Shown one piece after another: positions 1 to 9,909 of a stretch of 64,000 bases of DNA. The stretch covers positions 124,001 to 188,000 of IMG/VR virus record IMGVR_UViG_3300049217_000071; one strand, written 5' to 3'. The notes beneath the pieces were generated by a model. It was not told the DNA's origin. It made no database searches and saw nothing but the letters and a program-made list of their open reading frames with translations. The translations under genes were made by a program, and so were the position numbers. How positions within the stretch are numbered: position 1 is the stretch's first letter; the number at the start of each line of letters is the position of its first letter.

Positions 1-1
1 A

Positions 2-916
2 GCTTTTCCGGGAGTGGGTAAGCGTATCTATGTTGACAAGAACGCCTTCATCGTAACCGACCATCACAAAGCAGAAGATAAAGCTAAGAACGGTCATCTG
101 GGAACTACCTGTCGTGGTATTGGTCCCGCTTATAGAGATAAGATTGAGCGCACTGGCACACGCGTTGGAGATCTTCTCAAAGGTGGAGATCCATACTGGA
201 ATGACTTTATGTATCAGTTGGTTGGTAAGGGTGTCCGATTCGTGGATCTCTTGCAAATGCGAGATGAGATGTCTCGTGGCAATATTCTTTACGAGGGAGC
301 CCAAGGCGTTCTCTTGGACATCAATAACGGCATCTATCCTTACGTGAGTTGCAGTGATTGCACTGTAGGCGGCATCTATTCCAGCGGTTTTCATTTTGCA
401 CCTCCTCAAAAGGTTTATGGAGTAGCTAAAGCTTACACTACTAAAGTAGGTGAAGGTCCTTTCCCTACCGAGCTATCTGGTGAAGAAGCAGAGGCCCTTC
501 GTAAGAGAGGTAAAGAATATGGAGCCACTACAGGTCGTCCCAGGCGAGTAGGTTGGTTGGATTTGCCAGCCTTGGATTATGCTTGCAAAGTTTCTGGCAT
601 TACCGATCTTATCCTGACCAAATTTGATGTCTTGGCTGGAATGGAGAAGGTTCCGGTTTGTGTCTTGTATGAAGAACAGCCTCGTAGTCCAACGGCGTTC
701 TTTGATGCCAAGCCCCAGTATGTCAATCTAAAAGGTTGGGAGACTGTGGAAAGGCACGAACACGAAATTAGGGGGTCGGGTTTTAGAGGGGTCGATTTTG
801 CTGGCGAGCTGTATGATTTCATTGACCAGGTCGAAAAGTCTACTGGTCATCGAGTCGGATACGTTTCTCTGGGGACCGAAGACAAAGATATAGTCAAGTG
901 GCACTACTACGGTTGA
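2..916 (+). CDS. purA: adenylosuccinate synthetase (5' truncated by window)
   Basis: Frame open from base 2; GHLGTTCRGIGPAY, EGAQGVLLDINNGIYPYV and EYGATTGRPRRVGWLD are PurA signatures. Confidence 0.95.
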   Translation, partial: AFPGVGKRIYVDKNAFIVTDHHKAEDKAKNGHLGTTCRGIGPAYRDKIERTGTRVGDLLKGGDPYWNDFMYQLVGKGVRFVDLLQMRDEMSRGNILYEGAQGVLLDINNGIYPYVSCSDCTVGGIYSSGFHFAPPQKVYGVAKAYTTKVGEGPFPTELSGEEAEALRKRGKEYGATTGRPRRVGWLDLPALDYACKVSGITDLILTKFDVLAGMEKVPVCVLYEEQPRSPTAFFDAKPQYVNLKGWETVERHEHEIRGSGFRGVDFAGELYDFIDQVEKSTGHRVGYVSLGTEDKDIVKWHYYG

Positions 917-932
917 TGATATAGAACAGGGT

Positions 933-1964
933 ATGTTAGCTCTGGATAAGATTGATCCACAATTTAGAAAGCTGGTCGACCAACTATTTTTCACCGATAG
1001 AACCGATCTGGACACTTCTAATTTCTCAGCATTGCTGGGAAACAAAGACGAACACTTTGCCTACCTACATGATCGCTTTACTCGCAGTTTAGAGATCTTC
1101 TGGGATGAGGCTTTTTGGTTACATCGTTTTGATCTACTATTGTCTTTACATTCCAAAAGGGCCTCTATGGTTTTAGAGCCGCACCTGATTTCTCAGTTCC
1201 GTTCTTTGATCATTAGGAATTCGCAAGCTAATATCAACACTGATAATGCCTATATACAGTTCGTAGCTTGGTCGAAAGCCAAGAGCAGTAGGAAGGAAGA
1301 CGTTTCGGCTATTCGAGATTTCTTGTTGGGCCTTCCTCATATCATTCAGATCAATAGACTAACTGGTATAGTTTCTAACTTTGCCCCTCATATCTTCCAA
1401 AGCTGTGATGAATACATCGAGATTATCTCCAAGAAGATTGGGCAAGTAGCTCGCAACTTTGAGGTCTTGCAGCAATTAGAAAAGCAGGGACTCAAAATTG
1501 ATAAGGGCCCCGTCTTCAAGTTAGCTAAAGACCTGTTTCTCAAAAGAGTGCCTAATCGTAGTAATAAGCGCGCCCTGTTCATTATGATGGAAGATACGGC
1601 AGTGATGGGTCATTTGCAATCGGAATATCGTCCCCCCGTTCATCGATCCCGTTTGACCGATCTAATAGTATCCTGTGATTACAAGGAATTAGAACAGCAT
1701 CACTTGCGCAACATCAAGAACCTGCTTATCTTGGACGCCACCTTAGCGGATGAAATCTTATTCACCTATCTAGACAGTTTATACACATGTAGGGCTGGAT
1801 ATAAACGATCTAACATCAAGCGACTCATCCGTGTTTGCAAGACTTTCTCACAACTCTCTTCCAAAAAAGTATTGGCTTATCTGGCATCTACTAACAGAAT
1901 GTCTGACATCAAATATGTCTTGAAGGCATTCCCAGAGTTGAAACCCCTCGCCCCTTTTATATGA
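933..1964 (+). CDS. hypothetical protein
   Basis: 343-aa ORF, no recognised motif. Confidence 0.75.
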   Translation: MLALDKIDPQFRKLVDQLFFTDRTDLDTSNFSALLGNKDEHFAYLHDRFTRSLEIFWDEAFWLHRFDLLLSLHSKRASMVLEPHLISQFRSLIIRNSQANINTDNAYIQFVAWSKAKSSRKEDVSAIRDFLLGLPHIIQINRLTGIVSNFAPHIFQSCDEYIEIISKKIGQVARNFEVLQQLEKQGLKIDKGPVFKLAKDLFLKRVPNRSNKRALFIMMEDTAVMGHLQSEYRPPVHRSRLTDLIVSCDYKELEQHHLRNIKNLLILDATLADEILFTYLDSLYTCRAGYKRSNIKRLIRVCKTFSQLSSKKVLAYLASTNRMSDIKYVLKAFPELKPLAPFI

Positions 1965-1971
1965 GCCTATT

Positions 1972-2295
1972 ATGATGCACCTAACTGAAAAAGCCGCCAA
2001 GAAGATTGAAGAGATTGCCAATGCCGAGGGTGTGGGGCATTTCACCATTCGTGCCAAAGTTATTGGCGGTGGCTGTGCGGGCATGACGAACGACATCTAT
2101 TTTGACGATCAGATTCTGGATACAGACGAAGTGACCGAGCTTGACGGTGTAAAAGTAGTTGTAGATTTGATGTCATTTCAGTATTTAGATGGCACCACTA
2201 TAGACTACGTAGATTCTGAAATGGGTGGAGGATTCAAGTTCTTAAACCCTAATGTGAAGTCATCGTGTGGCTGTGGGCAATCACAATCTTACTGA
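1972..2295 (+). CDS. iscA: HesB/IscA family Fe-S cluster carrier (copy 1)
   Basis: GGGCAG and C-terminal SCGCG motifs; NPNVKSSCGCG. Confidence 0.92.
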   Translation: MMHLTEKAAKKIEEIANAEGVGHFTIRAKVIGGGCAGMTNDIYFDDQILDTDEVTELDGVKVVVDLMSFQYLDGTTIDYVDSEMGGGFKFLNPNVKSSCGCGQSQSY

Positions 2296-2780
2296 CCTCG
2301 TTTGTTTAGCACATTTATCTGGGTTTTTAGCTCGGCAAATTTCTCTGTAATTTCCGCACCCAACTCTGGGTTCCATCTTCTGGTAACGGCATTGGTTCCC
2401 AGTTTGAGATCATTCATTTTGAGACAGAGTAATGCTTGTTCTTTTTTCACCATAAGATACGGTAGCATTGATTTGATGGCGTTAGCTGCCATAGTGTTAG
2501 TTATGATCCATTCATAGCACGGACGCCAGTTTTTGTGTAGTTTAGCTTTACCAGTCTTTTTGTGTCTCAGCTTGCCGCCCCCAAATTCTCTTTGTAGTAT
2601 TTGGATTGGTTCTATTTTGCAATTATGAGCGCTTAGTTTGATTCTATACTGAACTCTGGCAATACCTTTTTTGTCGGTATATTTGGCAGTGATAATAGTT
2701 ATCGAGCCGTCCGCATCAATGAATCCGGCCAGATAGGCGTGAATTATTTCCTTATCAGTAGGCATGTAGGTATCCTCCAC
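2289..2780 (-). mobile_element. free-standing LAGLIDADG homing endonuclease
   Basis: AYLAGFIDADGSITI single LAGLIDADG motif; opposite strand to neighbours. Confidence 0.9.
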
Positions 2781-2800
2781 CAGTTATATATCCGAGTAAG

Positions 2801-3040
2801 ATGAAGATCATCAAGCAATTTAAGGACCCAGAGTTTTACGATAAAAGGTATGGTCCCTATGCCGCCCCTGGTTGGTGGGCGTGGGGATTAGGTGATGACG
2901 GTGAATTATATTGTCAAAGCACTGGTTTTCCAGATTGTGGTAAAGAGTGGCACGAGTTGAGATACTCTGCTTTTTATCCTCGTCTAAAAGATATGAAGAA
3001 GATCGTCAAAGAATTTGGAAACTGGTTAGTTTGGATTTGA
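2801..3040 (+). CDS. hypothetical protein
   Basis: 79-aa ORF filling the gap; ends with the shared hydrophobic C-terminal motif. Confidence 0.65.
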   Translation: MKIIKQFKDPEFYDKRYGPYAAPGWWAWGLGDDGELYCQSTGFPDCGKEWHELRYSAFYPRLKDMKKIVKEFGNWLVWI

Positions 3041-3049
3041 GGTAAGTAT

Positions 3050-4201
3050 ATGAGCAAGCACCCCGTATTAGATATCATTGTCAAGAAGAGCCCGCATCTT
3101 TCCTGGATGGAAGATCGCACCGTGCTTCTTGTGCGCCACGGCTCTCACGCTTACGGCACCAACACGGCTGCCTCAGATGAAGATTTCAAGGGCATTGCTA
3201 TTTCTCCTAAGAAGTATTTCCTGGGCACGATGTCTCGCTTTGAGCAGGCCGATCTAAAGGCTCCTGATCCTGATGCCGTTATCTATGACATCCGTAAGTT
3301 CTTCAACCTGGCCGCTGATTGCAACCCTAACATCATTGAGGTGTTGCATACGGATCCTGCCGATCATTTCTTGGTGGATCCAATCGGTGAAATCATCTTA
3401 GAGCACAAGGACGCTTTCTTGTCCAAAAAGATCAAGCATACCTTCTTGGGTTATTCGGTGGCTCAACTCAAGAGGATCAAGACGCATAAGCGTTGGATTA
3501 TGGATCCTCCTAAGACGCCTCCTACCCGAGCCGAACTGGGCTTGCCAGAGCAGACCTTGATCCCACAAGATCAAATGGTCGCTGCCATGGCCGAAATCCA
3601 AAAGGAAATGGATCGTTTTCAGTTTGACTTTATGGAGGGGATGGAAGAGTCAGCCAAGATTGGTCTACGCAACACCGTTTCTGAAATGTTGGCCGAGTTG
3701 AAGATTACTTCTGACCAGCACTGGGAGTCAGCCGCTCGCAAGATCGGTTTGAGTGATAACCTCATTCAAGTGATGCAACGAGAGCGCCAATACACCAGCG
3801 CTAAACGTGAGTGGGATCAATACCAGAACTGGAGAAAGACGCGCAACCCAATGCGTGCCGCTCTGGAGGAGAAGTATGGATATGATACCAAACACGCTTA
3901 CCATTTGGTTCGACTCATTCGTATGTGTCGAGAGATTCTGACCACAGGTAAGGTTATTGTCAAACGTCCTGACCGTGAAGAGCTGTTAGCTATTCGCAAC
4001 GGTGCTTGGTCTTACGATCAGCTGATTGAGTTTGCTGATTCGGAAGACAAAGCATTAGCCGAGTTGTATCTGACTTCTACGGCTCTTCCCAAGACGCCCG
4101 ACAAAGAGATGCTCGATCAGCTATGTATCAAGTTGGTAGAGCGCTCTCTTTCCAGGTTCTCTTGGTATTCTGTTCGTAAGCTATTCAAGAACTTGAGGTA
4201 A
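3050..4201 (+). CDS. DNA polymerase beta superfamily nucleotidyltransferase (RlaP/YcgL-like)
   Basis: HGSHAYGTNTAASDEDFKG (GSxxxG...DxD), NPNIIEVL, YDTKHAYHLVRL. Confidence 0.88.
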   Translation: MSKHPVLDIIVKKSPHLSWMEDRTVLLVRHGSHAYGTNTAASDEDFKGIAISPKKYFLGTMSRFEQADLKAPDPDAVIYDIRKFFNLAADCNPNIIEVLHTDPADHFLVDPIGEIILEHKDAFLSKKIKHTFLGYSVAQLKRIKTHKRWIMDPPKTPPTRAELGLPEQTLIPQDQMVAAMAEIQKEMDRFQFDFMEGMEESAKIGLRNTVSEMLAELKITSDQHWESAARKIGLSDNLIQVMQRERQYTSAKREWDQYQNWRKTRNPMRAALEEKYGYDTKHAYHLVRLIRMCREILTTGKVIVKRPDREELLAIRNGAWSYDQLIEFADSEDKALAELYLTSTALPKTPDKEMLDQLCIKLVERSLSRFSWYSVRKLFKNLR

Positions 4202-4202
4202 T

Positions 4203-4787
4203 ATGTCAAAGAAGTTTGATCCAAATGTATTGGTTATTGATGTGGAAAGCACTTGTTGGGAACCACCAGAAGTTCAACCTAAAGGTGAGTTCTCGGAGAT
4301 TATTGAGATTGGTATTGCTGTCGTCAATATCAAAACTCTCAAACTCACTAAGAATGATTCCATTATCATTCGTCCACAGAACTCTACCGTTAGTAAGTTC
4401 TGCACCAAACTGACTACTCTGACCCAAGATATGGTAGATCAGGGGATGACTTTCCAAGCTGCCATGGCGGTTCTCCGACAGAACTACGAGTCGGAGAATC
4501 GCACTATGGTCTCTTGGGGTGATTACGACCGCAAAATGTTCGAGCGCAACTGCAAGGACTACGGCTGTAAGTATCCTTTTGGACAGCGCCACCTCAATCT
4601 CAAAAATTGTTTCACCCTGCTCCATGGGCTCGACAAGGAACCAGGGATGTACAGCGCCCTGGATTATCTTGGAATGAAGCTGGACGGGACTCATCACAGG
4701 TGCATTGATGATGCTCGTAATATAGCGAATATCTTCATCAATACTTTAGGAAACTTTAGAGTTGGTGGCGCAACGAGAGACGGATAA
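4203..4787 (+). CDS. DEDDh 3'-5' exonuclease (ERI1/KapD-like)
   Basis: VIDVESTCW, EIIEIG, SWGDYD, HHRCIDDA. Confidence 0.9.
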   Translation: MSKKFDPNVLVIDVESTCWEPPEVQPKGEFSEIIEIGIAVVNIKTLKLTKNDSIIIRPQNSTVSKFCTKLTTLTQDMVDQGMTFQAAMAVLRQNYESENRTMVSWGDYDRKMFERNCKDYGCKYPFGQRHLNLKNCFTLLHGLDKEPGMYSALDYLGMKLDGTHHRCIDDARNIANIFINTLGNFRVGGATRDG

Positions 4788-4803
4788 TACGGCATATAAG
4801 TAT

Positions 4804-5151
4804 ATGGAAACTGAACCAAAAGCATTGCAAGTTTTTGTTTCTTTAGCCGCCGCAGAACAGGTCAAACTACAACTGCAAAAGCGCGGCACGCCTGAGGCTT
4901 ATCTACGATTGGGAGTTCGTGGAAGCGGATGTAATGGATTTAGTTATGCTTTGCAGTTTGAGGAAGCTCCCAAAGAAAAAGATAAAGTTTTCCAGGAAAA
5001 CGGAATCAATATAGTGATTGATCCTAAGAGTTTGCTCATTCTTAATGGGTGCACTTTAGATTGGGAAAAGACTTTGATGAAACAAGGTTATAAGTTTATT
5101 AACCCAAATGAAAAGTCGAAATGTGGGTGTGGCCACAGCTTCTCTGTCTAA
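4804..5151 (+). CDS. iscA: HesB/IscA family Fe-S cluster carrier (copy 2)
   Basis: GVRGSGCNGFSY and NPNEKSKCGCGHSF; start moved to ATG 4804. Confidence 0.92.
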   Translation: METEPKALQVFVSLAAAEQVKLQLQKRGTPEAYLRLGVRGSGCNGFSYALQFEEAPKEKDKVFQENGINIVIDPKSLLILNGCTLDWEKTLMKQGYKFINPNEKSKCGCGHSFSV

Positions 5152-5166
5152 CAAAGGAAAATCATC

Positions 5167-5391
5167 ATGATCCACGGAATCTATATGAAGAGTAAACCGA
5201 AGAACAAATGGCATCTTGTGTCTTACACAATGTCGCCAGAAATGGCTCAAAATGAGATGGATGAATATATGAAGCAAGCTATCTTAGAGGGTAATGAGCA
5301 AGCCCGGGTAGCTGTTCAGCTTTTTGATTCTCTCTTTTGGATGCCTGATTTTATAGACGAGATTACCGAGCAAAAACTGCTGTTCAATTGA
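5167..5391 (+). CDS. hypothetical protein
   Basis: 74-aa ORF. Confidence 0.6.
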   Translation: MIHGIYMKSKPKNKWHLVSYTMSPEMAQNEMDEYMKQAILEGNEQARVAVQLFDSLFWMPDFIDEITEQKLLFN

Positions 5392-5415
5392 GGCGTTATA
5401 TACTCATGTGATACC

Positions 5416-6525
5416 ATGAGTCCTAATGCATTAAACCTACGGGAAATAGATCAAGAACAAGCTCTCAACCTAACCAAGTTTTTTATCCAATCACAACAGA
5501 ACATTTTCCTGTTTGGTAGACGTGGAGTTGGTAAGACAGACATTGCTATTCAAGCTGCCAAGGAATGTGGCTTGAAAATCAATTACATCAATCTAAGTGT
5601 TATTGAGCGTTCTGATATAGCGGGCTACCCTGATATACATGCCCCCGGCGACATCATCAATTATAAGTCCCCACACTTCTTACCCAAGCTGGCTCCTGAT
5701 GCCAAGCCAGATAGTGTTATCCTCTTCGATGAAATTGACAAGGTGATGCCTGAAGTAACGGCTCCCTTGTTAGAGATTCTGCTTTTCAAGAGAATCAATG
5801 GGCTCCCTATCAATGCAGCGGCTTGCATCTTGACTGGCAACCTGGCAAGTGAAGGCGCCTACTCCAACCAAATTAGTTCCGCTTTGTTGGATAGGGGCGC
5901 TAAGTATATTCTGACTTTCAATTTCGAGCGTTGGGTGGATTGGGCCAAAGCCAACAATGTGCATGATTTGATTTTAGGTTTTCTGCGTAGCGATCCCAGT
6001 TTTGCTTGTGGCGCATTAGAAGATACAGCTTTTGCTTCACCCTCTCCTCGCAGTTGGACGTGGGCCTCGCAAGCACTCATCAAAGCGAAGGAACTCAAGA
6101 TGCCCGATATAGAATCGGTCACCCAAATTATCTCCGGCTATGTCGGTTATGAGGCGGGCTTGAGGTTTCGAGTTTGGTATGAGCACTATCGCAGATTTGA
6201 GCCATACGTTCATTCGTTGATTGAACGTGGCGATATGTCTATCAATTTCAGTATGCTACATCCAACAGAGCAAGTTGTCTTCGTTGTATCAGCTTGTTAT
6301 TACGCGAAACAAAGGGTTTTGGGAGACAAATCTAAGAATAGATTCGTATATCTAGAGCGCTTATGTGACTTCTTCAATAACCATGGAGTGGACACGGAAG
6401 TTCAAGTGATGGGACTGTATAATTCCTTTGACTTTGAGATGATAAGGGCGCATAAACTATATACCTGTAAACCCTTTTTCGACCACTTTACCAAGCTCAG
6501 CGATAACGTCCATTTCAAGAAATGA
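5416..6525 (+). CDS. AAA+ ATPase (MoxR-like phage type)
   Basis: Walker A GRRGVGKT, Walker B ILFDE, ALLDR, SPSPRSW. Confidence 0.85.
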   Translation: MSPNALNLREIDQEQALNLTKFFIQSQQNIFLFGRRGVGKTDIAIQAAKECGLKINYINLSVIERSDIAGYPDIHAPGDIINYKSPHFLPKLAPDAKPDSVILFDEIDKVMPEVTAPLLEILLFKRINGLPINAAACILTGNLASEGAYSNQISSALLDRGAKYILTFNFERWVDWAKANNVHDLILGFLRSDPSFACGALEDTAFASPSPRSWTWASQALIKAKELKMPDIESVTQIISGYVGYEAGLRFRVWYEHYRRFEPYVHSLIERGDMSINFSMLHPTEQVVFVVSACYYAKQRVLGDKSKNRFVYLERLCDFFNNHGVDTEVQVMGLYNSFDFEMIRAHKLYTCKPFFDHFTKLSDNVHFKK

Positions 6526-6535
6526 ATCGCTGGCC

Positions 6536-6563
6536 TTGACACCCAATTTTTAGGATTTACAAT
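6536..6563 (+). promoter_or_regulatory. sigma70-type promoter
   Basis: TTGACA-N16-TACAAT 20 nt upstream of the thioredoxin ATG. Confidence 0.65.
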
Positions 6564-6582
6564 TTCCCGTGCGTGAGGCCCA

Positions 6583-6915
6583 ATGAGCAATAATATCGTG
6601 ATTGTTGATGATTCCAATTTTCAAGTAGAAGTTCTTGATTCCAAATTACCAGTTCTCGTAGACTTTAGCGCTACCTGGTGCGGGCCATGTCAGAGACAAT
6701 ATCCTATCTTGGAGAAGTTTGCGGATGATCAAATCAATCGTGTCAAGGTGTGTAAGATAGATATTGATGATGCGCCTGCTATTACCGCTAAGCTCGGTAT
6801 TCGTGGTGTGCCTACTCTGATGGTTTTCAATGCTGGCGCCTCGGTAGGTTCCAAAGTAGGAATGACTTCTTTGGCAGAGATGGACAGTTTGGTATTGACT
6901 AAAACTGGTGTGTAA
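6583..6915 (+). CDS. trxA: thioredoxin
   Basis: VLVDFSATWCGPC, GIRGVPTL. Confidence 0.95.
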   Translation: MSNNIVIVDDSNFQVEVLDSKLPVLVDFSATWCGPCQRQYPILEKFADDQINRVKVCKIDIDDAPAITAKLGIRGVPTLMVFNAGASVGSKVGMTSLAEMDSLVLTKTGV

Positions 6916-7119
6916 ATGAATATTCAGACAGCCGCCGGGTATATGAAGCACGGCTACAGAATTAGGCGCGCAAGTTGGGCGCCTGGAGAATGTATTGATC
7001 CCTCTGTTTTTGATGATGGGGAATATCTTCCGTTTCACTTGGGGGAGTTGCTGGCTGATGATTGGGAGATTATTACGGAAGGTATAGTGAAGGACTTTCC
7101 GCTTACGTATTCTAATTGA
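6916..7119 (+). CDS. DUF2829/Tad2-like small protein
   Basis: GYRIRRASW and ELLADDWEI match the family pattern. Confidence 0.65.
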   Translation: MNIQTAAGYMKHGYRIRRASWAPGECIDPSVFDDGEYLPFHLGELLADDWEIITEGIVKDFPLTYSN

Positions 7120-7128
7120 GGAATAACA

Positions 7129-7404
7129 ATGTGGTTTGAAGATTTGATGCTCATAGCGCTGTTGGGCGTAGGTGTGTTCTTGATAGGCATTCCTTGCCAC
7201 AAGCTGATTACATCTATTCTCCCTAAAAAGAGAAACGCTCTCAAAGAAGCTAAGGAGAGGCTGGAACAGGCTCGCCTGGATTTGGAAGCGGCTCGCCTCA
7301 ATAAAGAGGCCGAGAAGCTGAATGAACGTATCTATGAGGAAGCTTTGCAAGAAGAGCAGGCCCTCGAAGAAGAGTTGAATGAACAACAGGAGAAACATAA
7401 ATGA
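7129..7404 (+). CDS. single-pass membrane protein with coiled-coil tail
   Basis: N-terminal hydrophobic helix, then an E/K-rich helix. Confidence 0.7.
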   Translation: MWFEDLMLIALLGVGVFLIGIPCHKLITSILPKKRNALKEAKERLEQARLDLEAARLNKEAEKLNERIYEEALQEEQALEEELNEQQEKHK

Positions 7405-8639
7405 GTCCAACAAGGAATGACGATAATTTTGGCTTGATTGTCAAGATGGTGATGGGGGCGATTGTCCTCATCGTAGGTGTTTGCGTGCTGTCTTGTAGCG
7501 TCACTACGGTGGATGCTAACGAGATTGTCATCAAGCAGGATGTGGTAGGCGGAGATTTGCACGTATGGGATACCCCAGGTGTTCATTGGCAGAACTTCGG
7601 CACTATCACTCGCTACAAGAGAAGCGAACAGTTGTGGTTCTCTATCAAGGAGGATGAAGGTAAGAAGACTGACGAATCCATCAAGGTGCGATTCAATGAC
7701 GGTGGCCACGGCAACATCTCCGGTTCTCTCCGTTATAGCCTCCCTACCAGCCCAGCTCAGATGCTAACCCTGCATCAGACCTATCACTCTATGGCAGCTA
7801 TTGACCACGAGCTGGTGCGTCAGGTAGTCAACAAGGGTGTTTATATGAGCGGTCCTTTGATGAGCAGCCGAGAGTCCTACGCTGAGAAGCGAGCCGACCT
7901 CATCAACTACATCACTGACCAGATTGTCAATGGTGTGTATCGCACGGAGCACGACACTATCAAAACCACGGATCCTCTGACCGGTCAAGAGAAGACGGTG
8001 GATGTGGTCAAGCCTAAGGTCAATACCAATTCACCTAACAGTATTGAGCGTGAAGAAGAGAGCCCCATTCAGAAGTTTGGAATGAGCGCTTCTAACATCA
8101 CCATCAACAACATTGACTACGATGTGGAAGTGGAAAAGCAGATTCAACAGCAACAGCAAGCCATTATGGCTGTGCAGCAAGCTATCGTCAATGCCCGTAA
8201 GGCAGAGCAAGATACGCTCACTGTGGAACAGCAAGGTAAGGCAGAAGCTGCCAAGGCTAAGTGGGCACAAGAAGTCGAGAAGGCAACCGCCGTGACTTCC
8301 GCCGAGAAGGATAAGGCAGTGGCCGTGACTCAGGCAGAGAAGAACAAGGAAGTGGCTCAGCTCAGCTTGGACACCGCTAAGTTGGCGGCACAAGAGACCA
8401 TCACTACCGCAACGGCAGGAGCCAATGCTCGTAAGATGGCTATCGCGGCTGACAACGCTTTGCAGGCCCGTTTGGATGCTTATGTAGAGGTCAACAAGGC
8501 TTGGGCAGATGCAGCCAGCAAGCAACGTCAGACGCCTGAAGTGGTTATGGGCGGAACTACTGGAAACTCTACCAGTTCTCTGATGGAAATGATGGCAGTC
8601 AAAGCTGCCCGCGATATGGCCGTCAACCCGAAGCCGTAA
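7401..8639 (+). CDS. SPFH/band 7 (flotillin-like) membrane protein
   Basis: N-terminal TM, SPFH-like core, AEQ/AEK-rich coiled coil. Confidence 0.8.
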   Translation: MSPTRNDDNFGLIVKMVMGAIVLIVGVCVLSCSVTTVDANEIVIKQDVVGGDLHVWDTPGVHWQNFGTITRYKRSEQLWFSIKEDEGKKTDESIKVRFNDGGHGNISGSLRYSLPTSPAQMLTLHQTYHSMAAIDHELVRQVVNKGVYMSGPLMSSRESYAEKRADLINYITDQIVNGVYRTEHDTIKTTDPLTGQEKTVDVVKPKVNTNSPNSIEREEESPIQKFGMSASNITINNIDYDVEVEKQIQQQQQAIMAVQQAIVNARKAEQDTLTVEQQGKAEAAKAKWAQEVEKATAVTSAEKDKAVAVTQAEKNKEVAQLSLDTAKLAAQETITTATAGANARKMAIAADNALQARLDAYVEVNKAWADAASKQRQTPEVVMGGTTGNSTSSLMEMMAVKAARDMAVNPKP

Positions 8640-8641
8640 CG

Positions 8642-8953
8642 ATGATGATTCTAGCCAAGCCAAAGAAGCCCGAGAAGATGATCACGGTCGATGGAATAGA
8701 GACATTCTACGATTGGGATCGCTACAACAAAAACATTCCTCTCGATGCTTTTTTGGTTTGGTGCAATGAAAAGACGCCCAAAGGCGCTACTGATGTTTCT
8801 ATCAGGGTTGATGAGTCTTGGGAGTATGATGATTGTATTGTTAGTTTGGAACTTCATTGGAAACAGGTGGTTCCAAACCCAGACTACGAACGTGCAATGA
8901 AGAAGTATGACACCAAACTAAAGAAGTGGAAAGCACAATGTCAGAAGTCGTAA
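8642..8953 (+). CDS. hypothetical protein
   Basis: 103-aa ORF. Confidence 0.65.
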   Translation: MMILAKPKKPEKMITVDGIETFYDWDRYNKNIPLDAFLVWCNEKTPKGATDVSIRVDESWEYDDCIVSLELHWKQVVPNPDYERAMKKYDTKLKKWKAQCQKS

Positions 8954-9873
8954 TGGTTCTGGGGCCTCCCGCCTCAGGTAAGAGCACGCTAACCAAAGAG
9001 CTGGCCAAGAAGGGCCACGTGGTTCTCAATCGCGACACTGAAGGTGGCAAGATTGTGGATTTGCTTCCTAAGATGGAAGCCCTCTTGAAAGACAAGAAGT
9101 CGGTCGTTCTTGACAACTTGTTTCCGACTGCCGAAGTTAGGAAGCCCTTTATCGAGATGGCTAAGAAGCATGATGTTTCCATTCACGCCATCGTCAAGAA
9201 GACCACCATCGAAGACGCTACTTTCAACTTCGTGCAAAGGGCCATCGGCATCTTGGGGACTTTTCCTGAGCCCGAGCTAATCAAGAAGAGCAAGCACCCC
9301 AATGTTTTTCCGCCTACCGTTCTCTTTAGGTATAAGAAGGAGTTTCAAGAGCCCACTACCGAGGAAGGTTTTGGTGTGGTTTCCAAGTCAGCCTTCGTTA
9401 GAGAAGATGATCCCAGTTTCACTAACAAGGCTCTCATCGTAGATTATGACGGCACCCTGCGTGAGTGCATCAATGGCAACGATAAGTATCCGGTCAGCAA
9501 AGACCAGATCGAGATGAAGGCCAACCGCAAAGAAGTGCTGCAAGCTTACAAGGACAAGGGATATATCTTGTTGGGATGCTCTAACCAAAGTGGCATTGCC
9601 AAGGGAGAATTGACGGCAGAAACAGCCAAAGAGCTATTCGATTTCACTAATCAGCAGTTGGGATTGGACATTGAGTATCGTTTCTGTCCTCATCAGTCAG
9701 CACCTATCTCTTGTTATTGCCGCAAGCCCCAAGTAGGAATTGGCGTAGAGTTTATGATCAAACACAAACTCAATCGTAAGGACACGATTTTTTGTGGTGA
9801 TATGAAAACTGACGAAACTTTCGCTAAGAGGTGCGGGTTTCAATACGTAGATCAGGCTGAATTTTTCAGATGA
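8938..9873 (+). CDS. polynucleotide kinase/3'-phosphatase, kinase plus HAD-IIIA
   Basis: GPPASGKST, LNRD, VLDN; IVDYDGTL, SNQSGI, CRKP, GDMKTD. Confidence 0.85.
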   Translation: MSEVVMVLGPPASGKSTLTKELAKKGHVVLNRDTEGGKIVDLLPKMEALLKDKKSVVLDNLFPTAEVRKPFIEMAKKHDVSIHAIVKKTTIEDATFNFVQRAIGILGTFPEPELIKKSKHPNVFPPTVLFRYKKEFQEPTTEEGFGVVSKSAFVREDDPSFTNKALIVDYDGTLRECINGNDKYPVSKDQIEMKANRKEVLQAYKDKGYILLGCSNQSGIAKGELTAETAKELFDFTNQQLGLDIEYRFCPHQSAPISCYCRKPQVGIGVEFMIKHKLNRKDTIFCGDMKTDETFAKRCGFQYVDQAEFFR

Positions 9874-9909
9874 TTGTTTCGGGGATATATGAGGAACAGG
9901 AGACATTTT

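Noticed and set aside
2-916. PurZ (2-aminoadenine DNA pathway)
   Set aside because: The visible motifs GATTGRPRR and GAQGVLLDINNG are PurA-type, not PurZ-type. The diagnostic N-terminal Asp/Ser lies outside the window, so this is not fully excluded.
6646-8663. Long minus-strand ORFs (6646-7413, 7332-7709, 8031-8663)
   Set aside because: Antisense shadows of well-supported plus-strand genes; no motifs.
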